From the NCBI GenBank assembly GCA_965116925.1, contig OZ220744.1, forward strand, positions 6,302,589 to 6,366,588: a stretch of 64,000 bases of DNA. The letters are read 5' to 3'. Each line of letters opens with the position of its first letter. Within the stretch, counting starts at the first letter, position 1. The notes below the pieces were generated by a model that was given only the letters and a program-made list of their open reading frames with translations, had not been told where the DNA came from and did no database searches. Both the position numbers and the translations under genes were made by a program. This stretch comes from Candidatus Poribacteria bacterium (GTDB taxonomy: Bacteria > Poribacteria > WGA-4E > PCPOR2b). Of this stretch, positions 7,446-20,400 are shown in pieces.

Positions 7446-10400
7446 ATGGGTAACCAAGGTATGACAAATTGGAAATTAACCGCGCTTTTTGCCATTGCTT
7501 TAATGGTGATTGCGGGGATGTTCAGTAACGCGGCTATGGCACAAGCCGGTGCCGGAACGATTACGGTGACTGATGTTGCAGCGGATGGCACCGGCTCCAT
7601 TCCTGGTGGCGCGAAGAACCACCAAATTAGTTTCACCTATACGCTCCCTGCAGCTAGTAGAGTCAGTCTGTCCGAGGGGGCGGTTCAAATTGAACTCCCG
7701 TCTGGGTGGTCGGTGGTAGGTGCTGCGGGTCTCTCTCTTCCCGAAGTTAGCGTAGGTACTGCCCGGTTCGTCGGCACTAGGAAGGTGGTGGTCACACTCC
7801 CTACATACACTGCTGATGATACTGATGCGACTACTGATGTGGAGGTGACAATCAGCTTTGGGGTAAACGCGCCTGCGACGCGTGGTTCTCACGACTTCAA
7901 AATTTCGTCCAAAAGGAGAACCGGCAGCTACAAACTATTAACAGCATTAGATCCGGATGGAATCATCAAAGTTAGGGTCGGTGCTAGGGATACAATTACT
8001 GTGGAAAGTGATGAGACTGGTACTACTGGAAAGGCTTTCGCGGATGATGAGGTTGCGCTGACATTTACTTATACCGCTGATTCAGCGGCGGCAACAACCG
8101 TTAAAATTACGTTCCCATCGAGTTGGACCATTCCTTCTGATTTTTCACAGACGGACGTAACACGGAGTGGTCAGGTATTGGAATTTGCTTCCACTGTTAC
8201 TCTCAGCGCGATAACGGTAACGTCCCCGAAGGTTGCTGGCAAATATGAGTTCACAACGATGTCTAAGGCGGCGGGCGGAGAGTTTACCAAGTTGGAAGTT
8301 CAACCATCTATCGTGGTTGGCAATGTTGCGTCTGGCAAAGGAACGGTTGAGATCACGCCGGCGAATCCGGTCATAGGGGATACGGATGTAGTATTTACAG
8401 TTACCTATACCGCCGCAGGTCGGATGGTCACAGACGATGAAGGCCAAGCGGGTCTTCGGATTACATTTCCTTTTAACCTAGCCAACGATCAGATCGCCTC
8501 GGTGTCCGGCGGGGGCGCGAAGTTAGTTGCGGACGACGCTACCAATGCGACTGTCGACATCACGATTGCGCGTCTCAACAGTGGGGGGAAGGTCGTTCTT
8601 AAGACAAAGATGATTGACATTCCTAGTACTGCTGCCGCTATTGCTTTGGAACCTACTAGTGCTGCCGAGACTGACAGGAAAAGTGGTTTTGGGGCGGTAG
8701 CGCAGACTTCTCTTACTCCAATCCCTGATGATGGTAGTGATCGCACTGCTCTAGACTACAGTGCTGGTGCTCTGTCTAATGCGGACTTGGGCGACGCGAA
8801 AGCGCAGATAACGGGCGGATTGCTTCAGCCTGCAGAGGGTTCAGGAACGCTAAAAGCGGAGCCTGCGGTTTTGGAGAAGGGTCGGACGGGGCAGTCAATC
8901 AAGCTGACTTATACCGCAACGAGAAACGATCCCGGGGACTCAATAACGATTACGCTTCCTACGGGAGTTGCAAACATAAAGAAGGCTACGTCTGGGACTT
9001 CGGGTGTTACGCCTACCCATGCTGATGGCGGCGCGACGATTGTTTGGCCGGTGAGTAATCTTGTCAGAGGGAAGACGTTGATAGCTAATGTAAAGATGGA
9101 TATACCGGACTCAACTGACGATTTGGTATTTTCATTTTCAACCACCAGGGGCGGAACTCCTACGGACGCCCCCGATTCATCTCAAGCTAAAATCACAATT
9201 GTGGGCAAAGCTGAGGATTTTGAGTTCGCAATAGTAGATTTAAGTACCGGTAACCCGATTGATGGCATGTTTCATGCCGCAAGTAAGCAGGAGATTGGGT
9301 TCAGGATTACTGCTGCGAATAGTACCATCCAGGAGGATGGCTTCATTAGAATTACAGTCCCTTCCCTCTGGTCTGGAGCTAGCACCGGGAATCGGGTGGC
9401 TCAGGTGAAAATCTCTGATTTGACCGAGAAGGCTATCCGTGATGCCCTGCCAGCGAGGGCGCTCAGCGCATCTGGACGCACAATCACCGTTAAGATCGAC
9501 GATGGCACGACGAAATATAGTTTGGCAAAAGGTAGTTCTATCACGGTTCAATACGGTGTGAAGGTTGACGATGCAAAAGATTATAGAGCTCTGATGCCAA
9601 ATCAAGCCGGCAAGATGGTGGTTACGGCGAAAGTTAAAGCGTATAAGAGCTACAGCGAACACACTCTGGATTCAATAGAGGCAGAGATTACAAATGTTAT
9701 GGACGGTTCCGGTGAGGCGACGATAAGGCCGACTACCGTCAGGGCAGGCACAGATGATAACAGGATTGAGGTGAAGTTTACGGCACAGGGATCGATGGGC
9801 GGCGGTGCGGTGCGCCTGACAATCCCCAGCGGTTGGGGCGAAATGCAAAACAGTGATGCTGCAGCCCTTAACCACGTTGCGGTGCGCTCACCTGTTAGGG
9901 GCGTTGAGCTCAATGCTGATAGCTTCGTTGATGGTGTAGCCCTAATAAATCTGCCGGGTGGTCCGGACGATGACAATCCGAATCCGAATGCCTTTAGGAG
10001 AGGAAGCTACTTCACATTGATTTATGGCGGCGCGCCTGGAAACAAAGGTGCTGAAGCCCAAGACACTATCGGCGTTGCCGATTTCATAATTGAATCAATT
10101 GGTGATAGCAATGGTACTTTTACTAATCTCACGAGCGATGTCAAAAGGCCAAGCGGCGACACTAAAGGTCTAGGGCGAATTTACAAAGAGGCTGCCGGTA
10201 AACTTAGGATTGATGTGAAGAGTGGAGCGGACGGCAGCGGCACCGCGAAAGTTGAGATTGCTGGTACTTCAGCGGGTAAGATGCGATACGAAGGTGGTGA
10301 CGAAAAGTATCAGGTCCATGCCGCTGATGATGTCTATCTCAAGTTTACGTACACCGCAAGTCAGGCGATAAAAATGGGACAGTTGAGACTCACTATTCCT

Positions 10401-13400
10401 ACTGCTGATGGGTGGACTTCGCCGCAAGATCTCTCTACAGGCAGAATGGGTTATACCCGTATTGATGCGCCATCGGGTGCTACTGAACTGCCTGTAATGG
10501 CAAACAGCACTGTAACGGTGGATATTGTTGATCTCGCTCCCGATGAAGAGATTGTGATTCATTACGGATCGATGGGTAGCGGTATGGTCATGGCACCTCG
10601 TGATACCGGTCCGAGCCAATTCCATATTGCGATTAAGGGAACTGAGGAAGGAAGTCTCATAACCCTTGATGACCCGTTAGTAATAAACGTCAGGTCTCAA
10701 GCAAGTGGCGCAGGCACCGCTGCAATCCATGTTACGGGCGGTGACCTACATGCCGGTGATACGGATCGCGAGCTCCGAATCGTTTACACCGCTGCCGGTC
10801 AAATGCGGGGTGGTGAGGTTAAACTGACTATCCCCAAAGCATGGTCGGATCCAGAGGGTACGGTTGATACAGGGCATAACCTTGAGGTCACTCCAGCGGG
10901 AGCCCACGAGGAGGTCGTGTTTGATGCGGACACCGATGGCAACCACACTGTCGTTGCTAAAGATGTCGATTTGGCAGCCGGTGGTTCACTCACCTTCGTT
11001 TATAGTAATGTGGTGGTGCCGTCAGCAGAGTCAACTGTTGTACAGTACCAGTTTGAAGTTGCCGTCTTTGGTGGAGAACAGCCCTTTGATGGTGAGGATG
11101 GCACGATGGAAATCGCTGATATGACCGATCTAGTCGTTGAGGTCGGACAGGCGAAAGCCGGTAGTGGTATGGTTATGGTATCTCCAACCGCCGTTGATGC
11201 GGATGGTGACGAAGTAACGCTGACCTTTACCTATACTGCGGCTGGAGATATTTTCTATCCTAGGGGACTCATGGTCGAAGTGCCTACAAGTTGGGAAGAA
11301 CCCACAAGTGGATCAGGTGCCTCTGACGAGGGTCGTTACGAAGTTAAACACATGCGCGGCACCACCGATGAGGGCGGTGTGATAGAACGTCCACCGGAGG
11401 GTCGGAAAATGGTCGCTCGCGTTACACAGGGTAAGTCGGTGAAGGCGGGCGATAAGATTATGTTCGTCTATCATGCTGACCCGCCCGTGAGCCCTGAAGT
11501 TTCCATGTTCAAGGTCTACTTTGATGGCGCAATGGTTGGAGATCCCGTTGAGGTGCTTGTCCAACCCGCTGGAGGAGCAACCCAGATAGCACTTAAAGAC
11601 GTAGCCAACCTTTCAGCAGATGAGGACCCGCAGATGCCTGTTATGGTCACTGTGGAACTTCAAGCTACTGACGGTAATCCGGCTACAGCTGAGACTGCTG
11701 TTGAAGTGATGCTGGACGACGGTGCCAGTACGGGTATGTTCTCCATGACCGCCGATGGTGAGTATAGTGACACTGCGACGATAAACATCGCCGTCGGTAT
11801 GTGGTCAGGGATGGCGTACTACAAGAATTCAACGCTTGGTCCCCACACCATCACAGCGAGTGCGACTGGCTATGACAGTAAGATGACAACCGTTATGGTT
11901 TCCACCGATGAGCCAGGACTTACTCGTGTCACCTTTACGGTTGCCGATAGTGACGGTGTCGTAAAGACTGGTGACGCAAGCAATGCCGCGATGGAGAACG
12001 ATATGGTAACCGTCACCGCAATGGCTAACCGCGATCAAACGGCGACCGTTATGATAGGGTCTCTCATGGCTCAGCGTGGGAATATGGAGGAGTCAACCCC
12101 CGGCACCTACACCCGTGAGCATCCAGTGGCTGCAGGCAGTGCGGAAGGTTCGCATACGATCACCGTCTATATCGGAGGCGAAATGATGAGCGCGACCGAT
12201 ATGCTAATCGTTGATGATACCGATCCAACTGTAACCGTATCAGATATTGAGGGTCCTGTCGCAAATGGGGCTGAAGTGATGATCTCTGCTACGGTTAGTG
12301 ACGCAAAAATGGATTCATCAGGTGATCCCATAACAGTTTCAGGTGTCTCCTCTTCCTCTGTTATGGCAAATGTCTCCATGCTGGATAATCAAGCCACAGA
12401 GATGGTTAGATTGACCGATGATGATGGCGATGGTACATATATGGGTGCGCATACCATCAGCATGGAAAATACAGTGGCAAACGGAATGCATACAATCACC
12501 GTTACCGCGATGGACAACGCTGGCAACAGCGGAGAGGGTTCTACAACCGTTGAGTTGGAGAACGCTACGTCCTTCACATCGACGATATCGTCAGGCGTCA
12601 GTCTGTTCCACGTACCGTTAAATGATCCGAGGTTCGACACTATCGGTCAGCTTCGTGCGGAGATTGGAGACGCCAAGGTTAATTCCATTGTCGCCTATGA
12701 TGCAGCAGGTAGATTGGAACCCTCTAGCGATAATATAGCGATCGAGGGCGGTCGTGGTATCATCGTTTCACTAAACACCGAAGCTACAGTCACCTTTGAG
12801 GGTGAGGCGTGGGGCACTGATGGCACCGCCACGGTTTCCCTTGAGGCAGGAGATTCGAACCTCATCGGTTTGCCTCTCATGAATGACGACGTGAGCATGG
12901 TCAGCGATATCCTCGGTCTACACGCTGCTATTGAAGGGGTCTATCCTAACCTGACAGACTTCGTTGCAGCAGCCGGTGATACAGGCGATGGTCCTGTCGC
13001 AGGCGATGCCGCATATTATGTGGTAGCAAGTAGGGATGCTGATGTTACCGTCACAGGTAGTGGTTGGAGCAACGACCCAGGGGCGGGCACAGCACCAATC
13101 GCGCTCTCTGGATATACGGTGGAAAGCCAGACACCAGTGCTGTCTGTCTTCGGTTCCGTCGTTGACGAGACCACCGGCGTTGCAAAGGAAGGTTTCCGTG
13201 TCAAGGTCAAGAACCTGACAACGAAGGCTTCCGTCAGCGAGGTTACTTCCGTTGAAACAGAAGACGGATACAGTGTGACCCTGCTTGACCTAGCGAACGC
13301 CAACGCAGCACGCGTCGGTGATGTGCTTGAGATTTCCGCTGATTCGCCGAATCCGATGATTGGTGTCGAGGCGGTACGTCATATCGTCACAGTGGATGAT

Positions 13401-13745
13401 GTGAAGAACAGCACTATCCAGTTGGAAGACCTCGTTGCGTATGAGATTCCCGCTGAGACGGCGCTGCTTCGCAACTATCCGAACCCGTTCAATCCAGAAA
13501 CTTGGATTCCGTATCATCTCTCAGAAGATGCCGATGTTACATTGCGCATCTACAGTATCAATGGCGAGCTGGTCCGTAGCATTGATGTGGGACATCAAAC
13601 CGCAGCGAAGTACGACACCAGATCCAAGGCCATCTACTGGGATGGTCGGAACCGTTTCGGTGAACAGGTTGCAAGCGGTATCTACTTCTACAGCCTAAGT
13701 GCAGGTGACTTCTCAGCGACCCGTAAAATGGTCATTCTGAAGTAA
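7446..13745 (+). CDS. Giant secreted Ig-like repeat surface protein (about 2,100 aa) with a C-terminal FlgD-Ig/T9SS-like sorting domain
   Basis: RBS AGGAGG at 7430-7435; signal peptide ending AAMA|Q; many GSG..FTYTA..GG.V.L.IP..W beta-sandwich repeats; tail ALLRNYPNPFNPETWIPY...WDGRN..GEQVASGIYFY...RKMVILK. Confidence 0.85.
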   Translation: MGNQGMTNWKLTALFAIALMVIAGMFSNAAMAQAGAGTITVTDVAADGTGSIPGGAKNHQISFTYTLPAASRVSLSEGAVQIELPSGWSVVGAAGLSLPEVSVGTARFVGTRKVVVTLPTYTADDTDATTDVEVTISFGVNAPATRGSHDFKISSKRRTGSYKLLTALDPDGIIKVRVGARDTITVESDETGTTGKAFADDEVALTFTYTADSAAATTVKITFPSSWTIPSDFSQTDVTRSGQVLEFASTVTLSAITVTSPKVAGKYEFTTMSKAAGGEFTKLEVQPSIVVGNVASGKGTVEITPANPVIGDTDVVFTVTYTAAGRMVTDDEGQAGLRITFPFNLANDQIASVSGGGAKLVADDATNATVDITIARLNSGGKVVLKTKMIDIPSTAAAIALEPTSAAETDRKSGFGAVAQTSLTPIPDDGSDRTALDYSAGALSNADLGDAKAQITGGLLQPAEGSGTLKAEPAVLEKGRTGQSIKLTYTATRNDPGDSITITLPTGVANIKKATSGTSGVTPTHADGGATIVWPVSNLVRGKTLIANVKMDIPDSTDDLVFSFSTTRGGTPTDAPDSSQAKITIVGKAEDFEFAIVDLSTGNPIDGMFHAASKQEIGFRITAANSTIQEDGFIRITVPSLWSGASTGNRVAQVKISDLTEKAIRDALPARALSASGRTITVKIDDGTTKYSLAKGSSITVQYGVKVDDAKDYRALMPNQAGKMVVTAKVKAYKSYSEHTLDSIEAEITNVMDGSGEATIRPTTVRAGTDDNRIEVKFTAQGSMGGGAVRLTIPSGWGEMQNSDAAALNHVAVRSPVRGVELNADSFVDGVALINLPGGPDDDNPNPNAFRRGSYFTLIYGGAPGNKGAEAQDTIGVADFIIESIGDSNGTFTNLTSDVKRPSGDTKGLGRIYKEAAGKLRIDVKSGADGSGTAKVEIAGTSAGKMRYEGGDEKYQVHAADDVYLKFTYTASQAIKMGQLRLTIPTADGWTSPQDLSTGRMGYTRIDAPSGATELPVMANSTVTVDIVDLAPDEEIVIHYGSMGSGMVMAPRDTGPSQFHIAIKGTEEGSLITLDDPLVINVRSQASGAGTAAIHVTGGDLHAGDTDRELRIVYTAAGQMRGGEVKLTIPKAWSDPEGTVDTGHNLEVTPAGAHEEVVFDADTDGNHTVVAKDVDLAAGGSLTFVYSNVVVPSAESTVVQYQFEVAVFGGEQPFDGEDGTMEIADMTDLVVEVGQAKAGSGMVMVSPTAVDADGDEVTLTFTYTAAGDIFYPRGLMVEVPTSWEEPTSGSGASDEGRYEVKHMRGTTDEGGVIERPPEGRKMVARVTQGKSVKAGDKIMFVYHADPPVSPEVSMFKVYFDGAMVGDPVEVLVQPAGGATQIALKDVANLSADEDPQMPVMVTVELQATDGNPATAETAVEVMLDDGASTGMFSMTADGEYSDTATINIAVGMWSGMAYYKNSTLGPHTITASATGYDSKMTTVMVSTDEPGLTRVTFTVADSDGVVKTGDASNAAMENDMVTVTAMANRDQTATVMIGSLMAQRGNMEESTPGTYTREHPVAAGSAEGSHTITVYIGGEMMSATDMLIVDDTDPTVTVSDIEGPVANGAEVMISATVSDAKMDSSGDPITVSGVSSSSVMANVSMLDNQATEMVRLTDDDGDGTYMGAHTISMENTVANGMHTITVTAMDNAGNSGEGSTTVELENATSFTSTISSGVSLFHVPLNDPRFDTIGQLRAEIGDAKVNSIVAYDAAGRLEPSSDNIAIEGGRGIIVSLNTEATVTFEGEAWGTDGTATVSLEAGDSNLIGLPLMNDDVSMVSDILGLHAAIEGVYPNLTDFVAAAGDTGDGPVAGDAAYYVVASRDADVTVTGSGWSNDPGAGTAPIALSGYTVESQTPVLSVFGSVVDETTGVAKEGFRVKVKNLTTKASVSEVTSVETEDGYSVTLLDLANANAARVGDVLEISADSPNPMIGVEAVRHIVTVDDVKNSTIQLEDLVAYEIPAETALLRNYPNPFNPETWIPYHLSEDADVTLRIYSINGELVRSIDVGHQTAAKYDTRSKAIYWDGRNRFGEQVASGIYFYSLSAGDFSATRKMVILK

Positions 13746-13898
13746 CCTAACAGTATTGCGTCAAGGCAGGATGCCGCTTCTACGGAATAATCTGTAGGAG
13801 AAGCATCTTGCCCGATCGCTAGATATAGCTGTTGGGTGTCTCACACGACCGGGGCATCTAACAGCTATTTTTTGTGTAAAGTAACAAAGCAATCCCTT

Positions 13899-14131
13899 GT
13901 AGGTCGAGATTCACATCTCGACACAAACCCGTCGATTTTGGAAAATCGACCTACAATCTGTAGGGAGCACTTTCGTAGGGAACGCAGATCTGCGTTCCCT
14001 ACGACCATAAACCCCTCGTGGATAAATGTAACGCAAACTGTTAGTTTGCGGTTCGAGATCACAATCTAACAGATCGTGGTACAGACATTACCATGAACGT
14101 CCCGATCACAATCTAACAGATCGTGGTACAG
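13899..14131. repeat. REP-like cluster between the two giant genes
   Basis: gtaggtcgagattcacatctcgac doublet, gtagggaacgcagatctgcgttccctac, gtaacgcaaactgttagtttgcg and two copies of gatcacaatctaacagatcgtggtac. Confidence 0.8.
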
Positions 14132-14422
14132 ACGGTAGAGAGCGCATCTTCCGAATCACGTTTCATTCCTCAATTCAACGGGAAAAATGGGAATTTTACC
14201 AATTACGCCTTACGGATTATTCTTTATTAAATGGTTTCATATATTAATGTATCTTGGCACCTTGAAAGAAAAAAAACAGGGGGCGTCCCGCCGCAACCCG
14301 GGTCCACACCCACGTACCCCAAAACGGACAGAAACCGAGTAGGGGTAGGTCTTGTGCCCACCCAATCAATACTCGGTTTATCTAATTAAATCATATTGAT
14401 GGGAACCTTCAGGAGGACAAAT

Positions 14423-17400
14423 ATGAGTAGCAAGAAGTTAGCTTATTTACTTACAGTATTGATTGTCTGCGGATTCATTGCAACCGGCACCGCCCACGGG
14501 CAGGCTTTCGGTACAGTGATTATTAAGGGAACGGTCACAAATCCGGATGGTACGGCTGCTGCTGGGCTTCGTATAGATGCAGAGCCTCAGGGCATCTTTC
14601 AGTCTTCTGTTTCGCGTGACAATGGTACCTTTACGGTTTCCACTCCGAGGGGTGCCGCCCAGGGGAAGTTAAGTATTGGGGACACAATCACACTCACTGT
14701 GAGGAATGTCGATAACAATATTGTCGCGACAGAGCGGATTACGATAGCGGCTGCTGATCTTGCAGGAAACACAGTTATCATAGATGTCGCTATTCAGTTG
14801 CGCGACTCAGGTATTGATATTAGCCTCGATCCCGCTACACCCTACGGCAGTGGCACCAATGAAACAACCGTAACAGTAACAGTTATTGACGAGGGGACCG
14901 GTGTCACCGGGGATACGGTTACAATTGACTCAGCAGGTACAGGAACTGTGGGCGCGGTAACAGAGGTAGGGAATGGCGTTTACACCGCAACCTATACTAC
15001 GCCCATCATCCTTGGGGAAATCCCTGCTTCTCTCACGATCACCGCGCGTTCATCGACAACCAGTCTAGAAGGAAGCTTCAACACCGTAGTTCTACCGCCG
15101 CCAACAACGGTTATGGTTGAAGTGGCTCCGAGTAGCTTCATGGCGGATACACCCGGCACCACAGGAATCGTCACCGTCACCGTCCGAAAAGCGGTTGCCG
15201 TGACAGATGAGACCGTTGAACTCACGCTCTCCCCTCAGGTCGGAGAGCTCAGTACGGTAACAAATAACCTTGACGGCACCTACACCGCGATTTATACCTC
15301 CGGCGCAATCGCTGCACCGGCAGTCACCCTCAGGGCGACAGCGACCCGGTCGGGCGCATTCGACGAAGCGACCATCGTTATCAACGCCGGTCCACCCGCT
15401 GCAATCGCACTCAGCGCGAGCCCGATGACAGTCAGCAGCCTCGGCAGTTCCACGGTTACCGCGATGGTCACCGATGCCAGTGGCAACCCTGTGGGTGCCT
15501 TGACCTTGACCGCTACCACAACGGGCGGCGGAACCGTTGGTGATTTCACCCCAGCAGCTTTTGGAACCTACACCGCAACCTACTCCGCACCGATAGTTGA
15601 TGCCGAAGGAACCGAAATGATAACGGTCAGCACCGCTGGCATCTCCGAGACCTTGATGCTGGACCTGACGCCTGAACCGCCGATAGATGTGAGTTCAATC
15701 ATCATCGAAGGTACCGTCTACAAAGAGGATGGCGAGGTCCCTGCCGACGGTGTCGCGGTTACGGTTACAATCGGTTCAAACCCCTCCGATACGGACACAA
15801 CTGATATGAACGGGGGTTACTCGTCCGGAGCCGTTGTTCCCGGCGGAGTTGCTGCAACCACCGGCAATATCGTCGCCATTACTGTTGCAAATGCCAACGT
15901 GGTTAGCTTGGAGGTCAACGGTATAACACATAGCGGATCACAGTTTCCATTGGGCAACGACATCCTTGAGAGGGTGCAAGCCGGAGAATTAGTCACGGTG
16001 AACGTGACAACCGATATTTTTATTCCGCCTCGATCAGTGAGTCTCTTGACCGTGCAGGGAACGGTTTTCAAAGAGAGTAGTACAGCCCCTGCCGGAGGCG
16101 GCCTTGAGGTTACTGTCACAGTCGGTTCACACCCACCCGAGATGGACACAACCGATCCAAGCGGATTTTACTCGGTCGGATTCGTTACTCCCGGCACACC
16201 TGTTGCGGAAACCGGCGATGCTATCTTAGTTGAAGTGAGGGATGGCTCCGGTGTACGTAGTAAACCGCTACCGCCGAAGGAAGCGACCCTAAGCAATACA
16301 GACCTTGAGACATACCTCACCGGTGCTGCGATAGTCACACGGAATGTGGACACAAATATAAAAGTCTCCTCAAACCTTCTCGTCGTGGAAGGGACAGTCT
16401 ACCTCAAAAATGGGGACACTCCTGTGGCGGCAATGAGCGGTTTGAGAGAGACCGACCTGACCGTCGTTGTGACCAATACCACCCGTGGTAACCTGGAAGA
16501 GAGTGTTCCCGTTAGGGACGATGGTACATACGGTGTTGTCTTCCAAGCCTTAGGCGGTGCCGCCGTCGCTGAAACGGGCGATGAACTCACGGTTGAGGTG
16601 CAGAACGAGGCAGGTAGAGCCGTCGGAAGTGAACCCCACACCCTTACCGGAGCAGAGGTTCAGGCAGCTAAGGCGGAGGTGGATGTTCAGACAGCCGCCC
16701 GCGCCGTAGTCAATACACTTCATGTCATTGGAGATGTCGTCAACGCTGGTGGCAGCCCCGCTGCCGGCGTTCAAGTCACTATCTCGGTTATAATGGATGG
16801 CAATGTTGTGGATCAGAGGACCCCCACCACAGATGATTTCGGCGATTATGAGGAATTCTTCCTCAAGTTGGGACCCCCACTGGCAGCCACCGGCGATAGC
16901 TTGCTAATTCAGGCTTTAGATGCCAACCAGTTCCGTGGACAACACGAGGTAATATTGAGCTCCCACCAACTCCTCGATCAGCGGGTAGAGGTTCCGTCAA
17001 TTGAACTGAGTGCGCCGTTTTTGAAACTAGGTGGTCTTTCAATCAATCCGCACTATACAGGTATCCAAGATCCGATTATCCAGCAACTGCTCGGTATCGA
17101 TCTGCCAGGACTCGCCACCGCTGCGGGTGAACTTGCAGGTGAGACGATAGGGATAAATCCATTGGTAGCACTCCCACCGAGCGCGCTGCTGCTTATCTCA
17201 CCAATCTTGGCGGCTATCGGTACGTTCCAGCTTGAGCTGCCACCAGAATTTGACCCAGATAGTGATAAGATCGCTCAGGAGAGTTTCGGTAATTCGATAA
17301 CCACCAGACCAACAGCGTGGGCAGCCCTCCCCGCAGCTGCACGGACCCCCGGTCGATGGGTGAACGGCGATCAGCTGAATCTGTATATCTCAGGTGCGTC

Positions 17401-20400
17401 GACCATCGACGAGGTGACCTTCACACTCAACAACGGTACACAATCTGAACAAGGGCATCGTGTTCTCCCCGGTGAGACTTTTAACTATACCTTCCAACTG
17501 GAGGAGGAGTTGATTGCACTCTTTGATGGACATGTGGGTGGCTTGGGAGCGGTGCAACTGATGATTGACGGACATCTATCAGCGTACGATATGGTGCGAA
17601 GTGACACAGGGGTATGGTCAGCCGAAGCACCATTGAGCCCCGGTGAGCATGTCTCGTACTACTACATGATTAAGCTTGCCAGACCGTATGTCGATCCACT
17701 GGGCGGCTTAACCATTACCGAGTTCCCGCTGATCGATCCACGGAACCGACAGGTGAGAACGGATGGACTCAGTCAACTCTTAGAGGCGCTCCTCAGATCA
17801 GAGCTCAGTGAGTTGGCTGGTGTGAGGTCGGTGTTTAAGGTGCCGGAGGTTACTCCCCAACAATCGCTCTGGGTGGCTAGGTTTAATCTTGCTACCAATA
17901 CCGATGGACCGTACACCTTGGATGTTGATGTGGACTATCGCGGTGGATACAGCGAATCAATCACCGCCGATTTCATATTGGATCAGACAGCGCCGACCGC
18001 CGATGTTGCGCTGAATCTCAGCGAACCGGGTATGAACGCCGGTATGTATATGCGGCCAGATGGAACGTACGTTGCAACCGGTCCAGAGCCGGGAGAGGCG
18101 AGTCTAACCGTCTCCATCCCAAGTGCCACCTCAAACGAGCTAGATGGTATGGCAGGTTATCTGTTCCAGTTGGCTAGGTTGGATGCCGCAGGCAATCCCG
18201 GAACGTGGAATCCAGTCGTCACTGCGGATCTACTGCCGTTAGACTTAGACAAACTTCTCAACGATCCCGCCAGCGTGCTACCGTTGACGGGCGGTAGTCC
18301 GATCGACATGCTTATCCGCAACTCGGAGGGCGGTGCGCTGTACGGTAGATATGGACTCCGCGCTGTCGGTATTGATACGCTCCTTAATATGGACTCAGGT
18401 AAAGGTCACGATGTCACAGTGGAACTCGTGCGACCGGATCCCGATATCCTGGAGGTGACCTCCGTCCACGCAGACTTTAATGGCGATGGTGCCATCGGGG
18501 CAGATGAAATGCAGTCCGCAGCCGGTGATGTCGCCGTCTTTTCAGGCACATCGGCAACGCTCATCGTTGATGTAATAAAGCAGACGCACGGAGTGAAATC
18601 AGTCGCCTTTGAGGTTGAGATACCGGGCGTTGGTTCGCAACAGGTTGACATGTTCAGTGGCGATCAGCTTGCCGCGATGGGCAATCACTTCCCAGTCACG
18701 CTGCCTGTACCTGATATCCCCGCCTTGCCGGATAGGGGCGTTCAAATGATGTTGCGTACCGTTACAACTAATAGACTAAACGTTGTCAACACGCAGGAAG
18801 TCTCGCTCATATACCAACGGCGGACACCACCAGAGGTGTCAGCGGTTCACACAACCGTGAAGGATCGTCACCCCGTCAGCGATGCTGCGCAGGGGCTGAT
18901 CGCCGTCAGTGCTTTCACACAGGCGATGACCTCGCCGGATGCAGGCGTGGTTCAGTTTGAGTATCGTCGTACCGCAGATGCGGATTGGATACCGCTCCCA
19001 GGTGGTATCGTACAGATGGCAGATACACAGGTTATCTCTCACGTTCAGATCGCTATCATTGAGGATCTGGTCGATGCAATTATCGATGGCGCACCGACCG
19101 CACCGATCTCTCCGCTCTACCGAGAGTGGTCACACACCTTCGATAGTGCGATGCTTGAGGATACCATCGCGGACGATGGTCCCGATGCGAGTCAAGATGA
19201 TAATCCTTATGTGGTCCGAGCCATCGTCCTCGACAAGGATAACGCAAAATATGAATCGGGAGCGACCGATGGCTTCTCTCTTGACAACTACTCTCCCACG
19301 GAGATTACCCAAGTTGCCAATGAGGTTGATATGGTCGCTCCAGGCGAAGACGGCAGCTACCACGTCAGCGGCTTAATCGCTGAAGGTGTACCGGATCCGA
19401 TGCTAAAGTTGACCGCATGGACAGGCGCGCATCCCAACGCCTTTACGGGTGGGATAAAGCTTGCCATCAACGACGCTGCGGGAGAGGCAGTGGCAATTGA
19501 TGAGACCGCCTTCAGCCCCGCGGGTAACCATAACTATATGGCAAACTTCAATCTGGGGTCAATCCCGAACGGGATGTACACCTTCATGGCAGTGGGACAC
19601 ACCGCCGATGGTGCAGTAGAGGAGCGAATTGTCGCTATGGCGATTAACGTTGAGGTGGGCAACTTCACACCACCTGAGAACTTTGCAGATCCGACGGTTG
19701 ATATCCTCAGTGTTGTCAACACCCGCGGTGATGCACATAGCCCAAGCGAAATTGATGCTCAGTATGTGACCGGATTCCCGGCGATTGGCGATGAGGTGTG
19801 CGTGACGTTAATCGTGCCAAATGTCATTGCTGATGATGTCGATGTTCTCATCGGAGATGATGGCATGTCCGCAATGATGATGGGTGCGCTCACGGTCATG
19901 GCTCCCGATGCAAACAACAATATTTCAGTTTGCCTCGATACCTCTGGTCTTGACGAGGGTATGTACGGTCTCGTGGGAATGGTGAACAAGCCAAACGGCT
20001 CTGCTGCATTCGGCTTGCCATCAATCCAAGTTGATAGGTCTGCACCAGTTATTGAGATTGTATCGCCGTTGGAAGGGCATCAGGTGAGTAGCTTGCCAAC
20101 CGTTCAGGTGGCATACAGCGATGCGACCGGTTTCGATCCAGAAAAGCGGGATCCGAGAGCGATTGAGATTACCTTGACCCGTTTGGGAAGCCATAAAGAG
20201 GTTGCAACCAATCCAGAGATGATTCGTGCGGTTACAGCTACTGGTGAAGTGCTGACCCAGAGTGGTAGCATCAGCTACACACACGACGACCCACTCTCCG
20301 GTGGTGCATACCGCATTGATGTCAGTGTAACCGATACACTCGGTCATACCGGCACCGCAGAATCGGTAGAGTTTACCTCATCGGGTGTGGAAGCAGGCGT

